The translations under genes and the position numbers were made by a program. A model generated the notes under the pieces. The model was not told the DNA's origin. It saw nothing but the letters and a program-made list of their open reading frames with translations, and did no database searches. 64,000 bases of DNA, taken from Octopus sinensis. Its lineage: Eukaryota. Within the stretch, counting starts at the first letter, position 1. Each line of letters starts with the position of its first letter. Shown piece after piece: positions 48,564 to 62,849 of this stretch. The stretch lies in assembly GCF_006345805.1 (NCBI RefSeq), contig NC_043000.1:46128001-46192000 (forward strand). The letters are read 5' to 3'.

Positions 48564-49822
48564 AGAGTTGGTATCAAAAAGTTCCTGGACTAGTTCAGTA
48601 GCTCACCAAAAGATGGCAGCAGATAGCTGCATGTGTGATGAGAGCTAGTAGTGATCTTCATGAAAAAAGGAACACTCCGTCGGTTACGACGACGAGGGTC
48701 CCAGCTGATACGATCAACAGAACAGCATGCTCGTGGAATTAATGTGCAAGTGACTGAGCAATCAACAGACACGAGTACCCTTAACGTAGTTCTCAGGGAG
48801 ATTCAGCGTGACACAGAGTGTGACAAGGCCGGCCCTTTGAAATACAGGAACAACTCATTTTTGCCAGCTGAGTGGACTGGAGCAACGTGAAATAAAGTGT
48901 CTTGCTCAAGGACACAACGCATCACCGGGAATCTAACTCACGACCTTACAATCGTCAGCCGAATGCCCTAACCACTAAGCCATGCGCCTTCACTTTGATC
49001 TTCATGAGGCAGTGTGCTGTATGACATTGCTGTTTATTTCACAAGTTCTAGAATTTGTGTTTTCATAATCACATGCATGTTGTGGTCTGTGATTTTATCT
49101 TGAACAGGAACAAAGAACCAGCATAAAATTTTGCATAAAACTTGGGAAATCAGCTACAGAAATATTGAGCATGCTTTTAGAAGCTTACAGCAATGAGGCA
49201 ATGGGTCTATGCAATGTTTCAAGTGGCACAGGTTCTTCAAAAGTGGAAGAACATCCTTGGAAGATGGTGAGCAATCTGGAAGATCTGCCACAAGTGTCAT
49301 AACCCAGAAATGTAGTACTGCGCATCGAGAATTTGTTCCCCAGGATCAGACCATCAATCAAGAGTTCTTCTGTGACAGTTTGAAGCATTTCAGGGATGAC
49401 ATTCAGCGAAAGCGACCGAATCTGTAGAATACAAAGAATTGGATTCTTCATGACAACAATACACCCAGTCAGTGAGCTCTCCTCACTCATGAGTTTGTCA
49501 TCAAAACAAAATGGTATTACTTCTATACCCACCTTTTTCACTAGATTTAGCACCTGCAGACTTCCATCTCTTCCCCAAGATTAAAATGTAGCTCAAAGGT
49601 CACTGTTTAAACACCACTGTCAAGATTCAAAGCGAATCACAGATCTTTGACTCACTTCTGGAAAATGACTTCCAAGCTGGATTCCAAAATGTGGCAGGAT
49701 CACTGCCATCAGTCTATTGCTGTGCAATGTGATTATTTTAAAGGAGATTATATTAAAAGTTAGGTAAAAAAGTTACTTTTTCTTAAACATAACTAGTCCA
49801 AGAAGCTTTTGATACCACCTCA
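48564..49822 (+). mobile_element. Internally deleted mariner carrying a SINE insertion
   Basis: TIRs GGTATCAAAA(A)G(T/C)T(C/T)C..GGACTAGTT at both ends. Fragments EQRTSIKFC.KLGKS, QCFKWH.FFKSGRTSLED and DLAPADFHLFP. The WVP and first-D regions are missing. Confidence 0.85.
48664..48995 (-). mobile_element. tRNA-derived SINE, family C, with 12-bp TSD
   Basis: Head GAAGGCGCATGGCTTAGTGGTTAGGG, then GTGTCCTTGAGCAAGACACTT and CTCCAGTCCACTCAGCTG. TSD TGATCTTCATGA at 48652-63 and 48996-49007. Confidence 0.9.
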
Positions 49823-50284
49823 TACACAGGAATCGGAATCTGTGGTTAAAGGTAAGATTAGGTGAAAATTACCAGACTTGTCTGATACAAGAGAACCAAC
49901 CAAACCATCGATGCATACTACAGAAAGGACTAAAGGTCTTACTAAAATTTTAAGTTACCCAATGCAAAATAAATATTTATCCAAGTGTATTTTTCAAATT
50001 CAATCATTCTATTTACATATTTTTTGCAGAATCTAGCTCTGAGCTATTGGATTTTAGAAATTTACATGTATCTTCTGAGTCCAATATTCAAATATTTTCT
50101 TTCTATTAGTATGGAATTTTCAGTCCAACTGATTCATGATAGCAAATTTTATCAAAATCACAGAATAAAATCACAACACCACTGACAAGATATTTCAGTC
50201 AGTATCATTTGATTTTGCAAAAACCGTAGAAGGTAAATAAAAATGAAAATCAATAGCAATGAAAAATTCATGCAAAATATTTGC

Positions 50285-50695
50285 AGGAGTGGCTGTGTGG
50301 TAAATAGCTTGCTTACCAACCACATGTGTCCTGGTTCAGTCCCACTGCATGGCACTTTGGGCAAGTGTCTTCTACTATAGCCTCAGGCTGACCAAAGCCT
50401 TGTGAGTGGATTTGGTAGATGGAAACTGAAAGAAGCCCATCGTATATATGTATATGTATATATGTATGTGTGTGTTTGTGTGTCTGTGTTTCCCTCCCCC
50501 CCCCCAACATCGCTTGACAACCAACCAATGCTGGTGTGTTTACATCCCCGTAACTTAGCAGTTCGGCAAAAGCGACCAACAGAATAAGTACTTGGCTTAC
50601 AAAGAATAAGTTCTGGGGTCGATTTGCTCGACTAAAGGCAGTGCTCCAGCACGGCTGCAATCAAATGACTGAAACAAGTAAAATAAAAGAGTAAT
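50285..50695 (+). mobile_element. Family B SINE
   Basis: Full structure present. Confidence 0.88.
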
Positions 50696-50947
50696 ACTTA
50701 ATGCAAATATGAATACAAGAAACTGTTAAAAAAACAGCAGTGTGTTAAGGAGTTCACTTCGCAATCTTAAAGTGTGCCAGGTTGGGCATGCAAGTATCTT
50801 CAACTATAATCCAAATTAATAAATGCCTCAAGGTAGAATTTAGCACATGGAAAGTGTATAAAGCTCAGGGTTGGTGATGATATGTGTGTGGTGTATGCGT
50901 GGGTACATATACATATGTATGTATATATATGTGGGTATTGGCCACAG

Positions 50948-51177
50948 GCAGCGAGCTGGCAGAAACGTTAGCACGCCGGGCGAAATGCGTAGCCATATTT
51001 CGTCTACCGTTATGTTCTGGGTTCAAATTCCACCGAGGTCGACTTTGCCTTTCATCCTTTTGGGGTCGATAAATTAAGTACCAGTTACGCACTGGGGTCG
51101 ATGTAATCGACTTAATCCGTTTGTCTGTCCTTGTTTGTCCCCTCTGTGTTTAGCCCCTTGTGGGTAGTAAAGAAATA
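50948..51177 (+). mobile_element. Family A SINE, near consensus
   Basis: GGCAGCGAGCTGGCAGAAACGTTAGCACGCCGGGCG...GCCCCTTGTGGGTAGTAAAGAAAT. Confidence 0.9.
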
Positions 51178-52071
51178 TATATATATATATAGAGAGAGAG
51201 AGAGGGGGGAGAGAGATATTCATACATACATACAAATATATATATATATACATACACACATGTATGAATGTATGTATGTATGTATGTATGTATGTATGTA
51301 TGATTGAGTCAATGTTAGGCTCAGAACTTGTCTTCTGGTCTGTATGAGAGTCTGGAGGTGAGAACATTGATATATTCATTACCTCATTACCAGAACTGAT
51401 AAATATTGTGCATTATATGTATCTAACAATTGGTTAGTAGTTCTACTACACACACACACACACACATGTACATGCACGCACATACATACATACATACATA
51501 CATACATACATGTATCCATGCATGCACATATATACCTGGTGTGAACAATTGAAGCAGCATTAAATTAAAATAGCCATCTATGTATCATACTAAATGTACA
51601 TATCTTTAAAAGCAATATGTTACAGTTGTCATCTAAGATAAAATGTATTGTCTGTGTACTCTGCCAAAAACACAGTATATATGAAAGGGGGGAAAAGAAA
51701 TATACTGACAGTGGCTAGTAAGAACACCTGATGCATTTTGATCTTCTTAGGCCTAGTTAATGATGTGTGCTAGCTTTGCACTTTTGAAGGTATACCAAAT
51801 AAGGAATTTCCTACTGCAGTTAACATGAAGTAAAATGTAAATCATCTAACTCATACTAGCATATAAAAACAAAGGCTAAAATTGAATGGGTGAATTTTGC
51901 AATGCTTTTGATCTACAATTCCCCAATGCATACCATTACTTGGTTTCAGGTTTTAGTATTTCACATCTAAATTTAGACTGTTAATGACTGCATCATAAGA
52001 AATGAAAGAGAATGAGCAAATTTCATTCAGCATATTTATAGCAGAACCCAATGCTCTGACAAATCAAATTT

Positions 52072-52298
52072 CTTTACTGCCCACAAGGAGCTACACACAG
52101 AGGGGACAAACAAGGACAAACAAATGGATTAAGTCGATTATATCGACCCAGTACATAATTGGTACTTATTTAATCGACCCCGAAAGGATGAAAGGCAAAG
52201 TCGACTTCGGCAGAATTTGAACTCAGAATGTAGCGGCAGACGAAATACTGCTAAGCATTTCGCCCGGCATGCTAACGTTTCTGCTAGCTCGTCACCTT
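52072..52298 (-). mobile_element. Family A SINE
   Basis: Reverse complement of the consensus. Confidence 0.88.
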
Positions 52299-52894
52299 CC
52301 TACCTATTTCATATGTTGTAGATGTGACTAATAGTAAATTCTATAACTCATTGGTTCATTATGATTGTGCTTATCTTAATTCAAAAATTCCTCAAAAGAA
52401 CTGTAGCAACTCACTACCAAACAAAATAAGTGCTATGGTACATCTCTAATATCTTAATAAAATAAGTAAATCAAATCTAAGACATTTTAATTTTGGGGGA
52501 ATCTCACAACTCAGCAAGAAATTTGAACACATCACCACATGTTACAAATATGATCAAGTGCTTTTACAACTTACAAAGTTAACAGTGCTTCCTCTGATAA
52601 ACAATTAGATGGCTTGGTATACTAGTGTACTGAGAGTTTCGTGCATTTGTCAAATACTCAATGCTTCTATGATTCTAAATAAAATAAAAGCTTATTGGCC
52701 AATTGTGCAATGCCACATGGAAACGCCACAATGACTTTTAAATTATTTTAAATATCTGGAGCCTCCATATGTCTTGTTACGCTATTGCTCAGTACTTGGA
52801 TATTTCTTCTCCAAGGTTCAGGCTGTGATAATTTTTTTCTTTGAATTTTTATAGAAGAGGAGCAGTTATCCAAAACCTGAGTCTTTTATCATCA

Positions 52895-53310
52895 TTTTAA
52901 TTCAATTTAATTTTTATTGGCTCAAAAAGCAAAAGCAAGGCCATGTAGGGGGACAGGGAGTTATGTACAAGGAGGGTGGTCATACAAAGAGTTCAGGCCA
53001 TTTCTGGTCAAGAGAGACTTTAAACCGAGCGGTCGTCGGCATCTTCCCTATCTCGTCTGGCAGCTTATTCCACGGATCCGTGACCCAGACGGAGAAAGCC
53101 CCTATCCTTCGATTGAGATGAAATCGTTATAGATGGAGCTTTTCAGAGTGACCCCGCAGCCCACGCTCTGGAGCAGGAGTGAAGAACACCTCTTTCGAGA
53201 GGTTACACTTTCTGCTTATGATGTTGTGAAAGAGAATGAGATCACCACAGCGTATTCGTTTTTCGAGAGAATAAAGGTCGAGCATCTTCAGTCTTTCTGC
53301 TGTTGTCCAA
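52895..53310 (-). mobile_element. 3' end of a CR1/L2-type LINE
   Basis: ERLKMLDLYSLEKR.R.GDLI..RGHSEKL, then GAFSVWVTDPWNKLP-like translation; AT-rich repeat tail at 52895-52918. Confidence 0.8.
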
Positions 53311-54134
53311 CACAAAAGTAAGATCTTATACAGCTTACCTTCATAATGCAAAAAGCTGGGATAGATGTTCAGACAGTTATGACAATACATTATCTTGGAC
53401 TGGTAATTTATTAATTGATGCTGGAAGGAATGAAGGCAAAGCTGACATCTGTTGAACTTGAACTCAGAATGCTGAGATCCATAACACACATTGGAAGACA
53501 ATTTATCCAAAGCTCTAACAAGTTTGTTAATTACCATCTTAAAGTATGATGTGATATGTTAATATTTCTTTTTATATATTTTTTTCAGTGATAAAATAAA
53601 TTTGATATCAATAGCATAAAAGTCAGAAGTCAGCAAATGGGAAAAAAAAAAGATTAGATATATTCAATATGATAAAGATAGCATTTGAAATTCTGACAGT
53701 AACTGTAGAATTAAATAATTAAAAAATATATAAAGAAATATATTAAGAAAGAAAGAAAAAAAGAAACAAACAAACAAACAAACAAGCAAGCAAAATTTTT
53801 AAAATGCACAAAATTTATATTTATATCACATCATAAGATTAGAATTTATATATTTTATACTTTGATAGATTTTGTTTGAATATGTTTCTTGAGACACTTT
53901 GGTGGTAGTTTGCAGATGATTGTACTTTTGCATTGGAGTTATCAATACTAAGTGTGAATATAATTATGAATTAGACTAGCAAAATTTTAGTAAAAACAAA
54001 AAAGTTGAAATTTCCAAATTACTTTCAAAATAAGGCCAGGTTTAATCAATAATATGGAAAATTGTCTGGAAATGCATAATTTAATGAATGATGTACTATT
54101 AAATGGTGTACACACACATAAATGCACACATGTA

Positions 54135-54282
54135 ATAAGAAGTTTGCTTCCAACTACATTGTTCTTGGTTTAGTCCCACTGCATGGCCCCATGAGCAAGT
54201 GTCTTCTACTATAACCCTGAGCTGGCAAAAACCTTGTGAATGTATTTGGTAGATGGAAACTTATAGAAGCCAGTCATATATC

Positions 54283-54316
<34 letters not shown>

Positions 54317-54548
54317 CGTGTGTGTGCGTGTGTGTGTGTATGTGTGTGTGTGTGTGAGTATTCGTTCCCTGCCACTGGTTGATGTTCACATCCTCATAAC
54401 TTAGTGCTTCAGTAAAAAGAGAATGAAAGAATAGGTGCTAGACTTTAAGAAAAAAAGTACTGTGGTTGATTTGTTCAACTAAACCCTTTTTTAAGACAGT
54501 GCCCAGGCATGGCCACAATCCAATGATTGAAACATGTTAAAAGTAAAC
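54135..54548 (+). mobile_element. Family B SINE, diverged
   Basis: Head, CORE-like block, (TG)n and tail are recognisable. Confidence 0.75.
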
Positions 54549-54869
54549 GATAACAGAAATTTTCCAAGGAAAGGAATATAAACTTAGCAGAAATAGTTAG
54601 AGGTGTTCAAAGAAAAGGGGAGATAATTTCAAGAAATTTTATAAAAATTTCACACTATGAATTTACATTCTAAGGAGATCGTATGCACCATGTTTGCAGG
54701 CAAGGGAACAGCTATGGACATTATTATAGTGAAATGTTTCTGTGTGATAAATCCTTCTCAACCCTTTCCTACTTAGTTCACAATAATTTTTACATTGAGG
54801 AGAAGACTTAGGGAAAATGTTGATTAATATAATTTATAATTAAAATAGTGTAGAATTATCTAAGGAAAT

Positions 54870-55255
54870 TTACACTCTTAAACACTTTTGATGTCATCCC
54901 ACCTGAGACTGTCTCTGGTTGAATGTTACAAACTTCCTGTTTTAAAAGGATTTAAAAAAAACCTTCCACCAAATTTTTTATGCTAACTTATGTTCCAAAT
55001 ACCAGCTTAGTAATCCTTTATACTCTAGGCACAAGGCCTGGAATTTGGGGGAGGGGGATAGTTGATTACATTGACCCCAATGTATTTCACTGGTACTTAA
55101 TTTATCGACCCCTGAAGGATGAAAGATAAAGTCGACCTCAGTGGAATTTGAACTTGGAATGTAGTGACAGGCAAAATACTGCTAAACATTTTGTCCAGCA
55201 TGCTAATGATTCTGCCAGCTCACCACCTTAATACCAGCTTCATAATGACAAAGCA
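54870..55255. mobile_element. piggyBac-like MITE fragment interrupted by a family A SINE (55003-55228, minus)
   Basis: Reverse of the 24400-24986 body; AATACCAGCT is duplicated on both sides of the SINE. Confidence 0.6.
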
Positions 55256-56558
55256 CCATTAGTATGCCAGGCAAAATACTTAATGGCATTTAATTTGTCT
55301 TTACATTCTGAATTCAGATTCGATTGAAGCTGACTTTACCTTTCATTCTTTCAGAGTTAGTAAAATCAGAACTAGTTGAGCACTGAGGTAATCAACTCAC
55401 ACACTCCCTCCCTAATAGCTGGCAGAAAGAAGAGCTGTCAAAATAACATCATTGTATGTGAAATGCAAATATTGCTCATACTAGTAAGCAGGAATGCTGA
55501 TTTTGTAGAGGTTATATATTTTCCAGTGTAAATACTATCCTACCCTATCTTGAAATGATTAACCAACAGAGTAGCTGCAACACGTGGAATAAAATAAAGA
55601 TAACCTTTCTATAAAACTGTAAGAAAAAAAAAAGAATGTAAAGATGTCAACAGTATTTGAATTGAGAATTTCTTGAAGTGCTGCATGTTATCCTATTAAA
55701 TTTGCTAGAAGTGTGAGAACGAATATGAATGCATAGATTTCATACCCTGAAAAAAAAAAAAGATAAGCTTGGGAAACAATACATGTGATTAAGTGATAAT
55801 TTTAGATTAATATATAAGAGCTAGCCTCACTTAGTTTCCCAGTGCTGTCATTTCTATCAATGGAGAAATTTGTCAGTGCTGAATTTGGTATATTTCGTAC
55901 CAAAAGGAAAATAGCATATAATTTCTTACTTTTTTTTTTATTATTGTTATTAGTATTGTTATTTATTCTTATATTTTCTAAGATAAATTTTAAGATTTAT
56001 TTTATAAAATTTGATGTTTAGAATCTGATTGACAATTCCATATTTTCAATGATATTTCAATCAAAAATCATTAAAATTATTGAAATGTGATTTCTTATTT
56101 ATATAATATTCAGCTTCACATTCAAGAATATTCGGTACAGTTGTCATTCTCTGAATTTCCCTTCAGCTTGCATTGTGTTTCAAGTATGCAAAAAGAGTCA
56201 GTGAACATTCAACAAAATAATTCTTTGCTTTAAACACCAATATAATTGGTGTCCTGCCAAATTAGTGGAAAAATACCTGTCAGTTTCATGTATGATTTCA
56301 AAAAAAATCTTGTTTTAAATGATATTTCATTGTTATTTTAACTGTTGATGCTGCGAAAAGGAAATAAGGAACAGATTTATTTAGCTAGCAGTTCATTTGA
56401 AGAATTTCCTGAAACTTATATCACATAGATTAAATTATAAATTATAAAAACAAAAGTATCATTATCATCATCACCACAATCGTTGTTGGTGTTATGCTGA
56501 TGCATGCTAATTTAGTTAGCAGGTATTTCATTGTGAACCCCAATAGAATGCAGATATA

Positions 56559-56862
56559 CTACTGGCACTCCAGTGGTTGCAATGCTGAGGGTTCCAGTTG
56601 CTCCAGTCAGCAGAACAGCCTGCTCATGAAATTTACATGCAAGTGGTTGAGCACACCACAGACATACGTACCCTTAACTTTCTTCTCACAGAGATTCAGC
56701 ATGACGCAGAATGTGACAAGGCTGGCCCTTTGGAAAGCAGATACAATTGACTGGAGTAATGTGAAATAAAGTGTCTTGCTCAAGGACACAATGTGCTGCC
56801 AGTTTTCGTACTTACAATCGCGAGCTGAATATAACCCAACCACTAAACCATGCACCTTCATG
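56559..56862 (-). mobile_element. Family C SINE with 13-bp TSD
   Basis: GAATGCAGATATA at 56546-58 and 56863-75; body matches 48664-48995. Confidence 0.85.
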
Positions 56863-56878
56863 GAATGCAGATATAAAA

Positions 56879-56881
<3 letters not shown>

Positions 56882-56911
<30 letters not shown>

Positions 56912-57465
56912 GTTTAACGTCCGCTTTCCATGCTAGCATGGGTTGGACGATTTGACTGAGGACTGGTGAACCAGATGGCTGCACCAGGCTCCAATCTTGA
57001 TCTGGCAGAGTTTCTACAGCTGGATACCCTTCCTAACGCCAACTGCTCCGAGAGTATAGTGGGTGCTTTTACATGCCACCGGCATGAAGGCTAGTCAGAT
57101 GGAACTGGCAACGGCCACGCCCGAATGGTGTTTTTTTTAAGTGCCACCTGCACACTGGCACAAGTGCCAGTAAGGCAACACTGGTAACTATCACACTCGA
57201 ACGGTGCTTTTTACGTGCCACCGGCACAGATGCCACTTCGTCGCTCTGGCAACGATCACGCTCAGATGGTGCTTTTAGTGCTCCACTAACACAGATGCCA
57301 GTCATCGAATTTGATTTCGGTTTCACTTGCCTCAACAGCTCTTCACAAGCAGTGTCCAATGAAGGGAAGGTACGCATAAGTGGGCTGGTTACACCCCTGG
57401 CATAGGCCATAAGGTTATGGTCTCATTTGGCTTGTTGGGTCTTCTCAAGCATAGCATATTTATTC
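56882..57465 (-). mobile_element. Long (GAT)n-family copy reaching a probable RTE LINE ORF end
   Basis: Internal repeats GGTGCTTTT(T)ACGTGCCACCGGCA. The far end (minus strand) reads GCTATGCTTGAGAAGACCCAACAAGCCAAATGAGACC. Confidence 0.8.
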
Positions 57466-60400
57466 ATGTGTTTGTATGTATGCCCATTTCTTAGTTACTT
57501 CCTTTTATATTCTGAATGAAAATCTCTCGGAGGTCAACTTTACTTTCCTTAAGCTAATAAGTGAGCCTCAGTATTGTCACACTAGTTGTGAGAAGCAGTC
57601 ACCAAATCTCCATTAAATCACGCCTTTCTATCTTAAAAAAAAAAAAAATCAGAATACATTAGACAATGCAGTTTCTTATATACAAAAGGATTGGGTAGTC
57701 ACAGCCCGGATGCCTTTTCATTATATGTTTGCTCAATTAGTGCTGATGTGTGATTGGACAACAACTGAATCTTTTCATAGCTTCAAGAAGAACTAATTAG
57801 GTACTGATGCTGATTATATCAATGACATTCTTTACTTCAAATGCGTGGCTTTGCAACAATCTTTAGAAATCCTTACATATATGAAATTCTTACTTCAGAA
57901 CAAAGCTACAGTTTCTTTTATTTCTATGAAGTCAATTAAATCAATCCTGTACTTGACCAGTAAATTATATGATAAAATCTGAAAGGATGAAAAGCAAAGT
58001 TAGCCATTGAAGGGTTTGAACTCAAATCATAAAGGGCAGTATTTTGACCCTTAAGAGGGTGCATTTTATCCAGTACTTTAATGATTTTATTAATTTGTAT
58101 TTTAAATATTGCGTGTACCCAAAATTTAGAATCAACATACTGTATTGCTGCATGCAGCAAGAAGCAACTAAAAGGGTAGGCACTAGGGTGGGCAACCAGT
58201 CATAAAACACAGACAAAAATTGTTAACAGAAGCCAACACAGAAAAGGGGAGGTAAAAGCAATGATGATGATGACAATGATAAAGAAGAAAACAATGACAA
58301 GGATGAAGAAAAAGATTCTTGCTTTGTCGAAGATGTGTGCATTTCAGACATAAATGCCTGCTAATTCTGGATTTAAATATATCCCTTTTGCTCCAGTTTT
58401 ACAATGATTATGAAAAAACAGAAAAAAATGTACTGTTATTTTTTTTCCCGCAATAATATGAAGAACTCATTGCACAAATGCATCAGTCAACTGTTAGTGA
58501 TAGAACTGTAACTAAAAAAGACAGACGTGATTTTTATAACATGTCAGCAGTTTTTAAATTTTCCACTTAGGTTTAAGAAATCCAGCTGTTTAAGTCATTA
58601 GAGACAAATTAAATACATTTTCCATTTATTTTTATCATTTTCTAGTTGTGTTGGTGTTTAATAAGTTTTCTAGTTGTGTGTTTGTGGTTTTACCTTGTTA
58701 GAATGTATTGACTATGTTTATAAACTTCACCTGCTCTTAGAATCTCTGATATTCTCTTTGGAGCAAACTTAATTAAGATCTCAAACTTAATTACCTTCTC
58801 TGAACAACTCTGGCAATCTTACTCTGACTAATTGCTTCTTGCATTTCTTCATGCTCTCTCACTCATACACAACACATTGCCATCCAAGGCATCTTTGATT
58901 GTATCAGTGACACATCTGGCACATTTCTATTATCATAATTATTAACAATGGCTTGAAAAATACTTGAGGAGTTTATATTCTTCAAGAACAATTCTTAACG
59001 TCTTGGAAAACTGGCATAGAAATGTTCAGTATTAACAAAACACTGCATGAGGATGCTCTATGAATATTTATACATCCTAGTATTGATACTTTCTGAAACA
59101 TGCTTATGCTTATTCTTATAGTGATTTATCAATGTCTTTAAGGGAGTCGTTAAGGAGAATTTCAGTTGCACCAATTACAAATTGGAAAGAAACATTTTTT
59201 AACTGACGTCATCATAATCATCACCATCCTCAGCAGCAGCAGCAGTATTTAACCACCATTTTCTATGCTGGCATGGAAAGGATGTTTTGAAAGGATTTGA
59301 CAAGTCAAAGGATCTTGTTTGCTCCAATGTCTGCCTTCTATAGCTGTTTTTTTATGGCTCAGTTCCCTTCCTAATTGCATACAGGGCATACTAAGCACTT
59401 CTTTCAAAATATCTACATAAATTATATATATTATAGAAGTCACAGTGCAAGCATCCTCTTCAAGTCATGTCAGAAGTCTTTCTATAAATTATTCTAACAG
59501 TGTTTTTAGTCTTTCTGCATGTTGAGTTTTAGCTGGTGTAGTTTTGTTTTACCATATTTTTTCATTAAAGTGTAGTCTTATGAGCAACACAAGGTTTTCT
59601 TTCTTCTTCATCATCATTATCAAATTATAATTATTGTTGCTAATGTGATGAGCTTGACACTTCATCTGTCTTTACTTTCTGAATTAAGTTCCAACAAGGT
59701 TAATTTTGCTTTTCAATATTTTGAGATTGATGAAATAAGTACCACTTGAGTACTGGATTCAATATAATCAACTAGTCCTGCTTTCATTTCAGGCTCTGGG
59801 CCTACACAGTTGAAATTATTTTTGATGTTGTTATTTATGAAAGAGAAAGATGTCATTTTGAAGCTCGTAAGTTGTTATTGAATTTTGTTGTTTTGATGGA
59901 AAGTAATTTCGTTTTTTTTTATTGCTATGAATATTGTGGCAAATGTCAGAAACTACCGAAAGGCAGCCATCAGAATAAAAACCAAATAACATGTAGCTAT
60001 AATCTAGGATGATAAATAGGCAGAATCTCCTGAAATGCTTTGGTGTTTTCGATTCCGTTGTTTACATTCTGACTTCAAATCCTACCAAAATCAACTGTGC
60101 CTTTCACAATTTCAAGATCAACAAAATAAAAAAAAAATAAACCACAGTCAACTACTGAGGCCAATATAACTGATTATGCCCTTTCTTAAATTTGAGCCCT
60201 TATGCCTGTGGAAGAAATTATTAGTTAGGTACACTGCATTATATTCTGATATGTAATTAACTATATCAGGCCCATTTTCTCCTCATTAACCATCCAACTT
60301 TATGAGAATAATTATCAATATTGTACAGTTTTTATTTTAATAGACTCTCCTTCTTCTCTATAAATGTCTTTCCTTTAACTCATGTTAAGAAATTACTATT

Positions 60401-61197
60401 AAGTACCACTTTATTATTAAATTCTGATCATTGGATTATCTTATGCCACATTCAAAGAACTAACATCAATAAGTATTCCTCAGGCTTTCCTTTAAATATA
60501 ATCTGACCTTATAGAGTTAAAAATGGATGTTATGAACTACAATATAAAGAAGTCATTGACAGTGTAACTAATTTTCCTATTCAAATCACCATGAGCTGTA
60601 ATCAGTCAGTTATTGATGAATTTTACTGTACTAAAATGTGTTCTTTAACTGTCATTATTTTGGTGTCCATATTGTGATCAATACCTGAAGATTATTAAGT
60701 TTTATGTCTTCATTTTAGTGTGCAATAATTCTAGATTTACCAATTATGTTTACTTACTATTCCTTGATTTATCCTCTACTTCAAATGATATTACAGAGTA
60801 TATGATTGCCTGTTGCTTTTTGAAAGCATCTCTTTGAATATTGCTATACTTACTAGTTAACAACTGAGATAAAGTTGATATTAATGTTAAGTTTACAAGC
60901 TGGCACTTAATAAGTACTCTTATTTTTGTGAATTATTCCTTGTGTCTCTCTGTCAATCAGATAAGTAAGTTTTGTATCATAAGTAGTAGTAGTGGTGGTG
61001 ATGGTGGTTTTTTATCAATTGTCACCATCTTTATTATGATGTCATATAGGATAAGGCCAATATTTAATGGTATTAATACAACATAGTGGTTCTCAATAAG
61101 GACTCCCTATTAAAAAGGTTTCTTGTGCCTCTCAATGGGCCAAGGTGCTTTCACATTATTTTCACATCACCATACTTGTTGCACTTAGGATAACAAG

Positions 61198-61385
61198 GGT
61201 AAAGATCCTCTTTAGTCAATGACCATGGGATTGCACCTAGAAAGTGCCTCTCTGAGGCACAAGTCTGGGTAGGGTTACTTACGGAAGACACGCAACTGCC
61301 CATGCATACCAGCCTCCTCTCTCCACACCACCGATGCTATCCAAGTGAAAGGCAAAGGCTGATACAGCATGGCACCTGTGATGTT
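61198..61385 (-). mobile_element. SINE-like fragment matching 48205-48445
   Basis: Reverse complement shares GGTGTGGAGAGAGGAGGCTGGTATGCATG..GTGCCTC..CTAGGTGCAATCC..GGTCATT. Confidence 0.65.
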
Positions 61386-61989
61386 GCTAGCAATACTGTT
61401 CATAATAATATATATTAACCACAATGTAACCATAAAACTGAGACAATAAGTGGAATCTATGTTGATGTTCAGTGTGGATTATTGATACAATTTAGGTTCA
61501 ATGATTTGCAGAAATACATGAGAAAAAGCAGTTTCATGTTTATTGATCCAAATGGAGGACTTCAGATTAGAAGAAATTACTAATAACAGATATTGATTGA
61601 GAAACCAATGCCGAAGAAGTAAAAGTATCTATTCTAGTTGCTGGAAAGAGAAAGAATTAACGAGAAATATTATGTATGACCAGTTATAAACTGCAGCTGC
61701 TACACTTTATTTATACATAGATCATATTGTGAGAGTATAGTAGGTGACAGCTAGTGTCGTCTATTAAAGAGAATATTAAAACTAATAGGCTTTAAAAGAT
61801 AATCATTGTGAACTGATTATACATATTTCTTAGAAACATCAGTCTTCACTTAGCTGCATAAGTTCTCTGGAATGGTTTGAGTCCTGCCAAAAGACACACT
61901 TAAGGATTGAATGTTGAAAAACCTAACAAAATATTCAGCACACTTTTCTCAAACCCATGCCGACAAATGAATCTCTAAGCAGTTGCTTA

Positions 61990-62365
61990 TCATCATCATC
62001 ATCCTTGTTTAACGTCCGCTTTCCATGCTAGCATAGGTTGGACGATTTGACTGAGGGCTGGCAAACCAGATGGCGGTACCAGGCTCCAATCTTGATCTGG
62101 CAGAGATTCTACAGCTGGATCCCCTTCTTAATGCCAACCACTCCGAGTGTGTAGTGGGCATGAGGGCCAGTCAGGCGGTACTGGCAATGGCCTCACTTGA
62201 ATCTTTTTACACATGCCACTGGCACAGGTGCCAGTAAGGCGATGCTGGTAATGATCACGCTCAAATGGTGCCTTTTACGTGCCACCGGCATGGAAGCCAG
62301 TTAGCCGCTCTGGCAACGATCATGCTCAGATGGTGCTCTTAGCACCCTACTAGCACGGGGCTCAA
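61990..62365 (-). mobile_element. (GAT)n-tailed family copy
   Basis: GTTTAACGTCCGCTTTCCATGCTAGCAT.. plus internal repeats. Confidence 0.85.
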
Positions 62366-62463
62366 GTACTAGAAATAGCAGTCAAATTTTTACTACTTTG
62401 CATCCTGTTGTCTTTAAAAAAACCAAAAAAGTTATGTTTCAACGATTAAAAATGTTGGGATTG

Positions 62464-62688
62464 CTAATCCTTGAGCATTCAGATACTTTGTCAAATGTAA
62501 TGCTTATTTATTCACATTATTTTGAATTAATCCTGCATTATCTTGTAGCTTCAAGATTTCAATGGTGCGCTGGTATATTTTTGGAATAACATTGTAGGGT
62601 AGGTGTGAGAGGTTGGATGTGATCAGTTTTAACATAAAACATAGAATATTTGCGCTAGATATGACTATATTAAATACTTGAGGGTTAA
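62464..62688. mobile_element. piggyBac-like TTAA MITE, uninterrupted
   Basis: Ends CTAATCCTTGAGCATT / AATACTTGAGGGTTAA; same body as 10063-10542. Confidence 0.65.
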
Positions 62689-62849
62689 ACAATGTGTCTG
62701 CTCAGTTAAGGCTGGCCTGGAACTAAACATTGGCAATTTACTCCAAACTTTTAAGATTTCTCATAGAAAATACTAACTTTTCAGCCTGTCTTAGACTACT
62801 TTGCACAAATTAATTTCTAATTCATTTATTCTTTCACAATTTCATTCTT

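Noticed and set aside
54676-54812. Degenerate C2H2 zinc-finger-like reading CDKSFSTLSYLVH..EEK
   Set aside because: Cys/His ligand spacing is incomplete, there is a single unit, and the frame ends in a stop.
58230-58370. Acidic ORF KSNDDDDNDKEENNDKDEEK
   Set aside because: It is the decayed (GAT)n tail of a (GAT)n-family copy.
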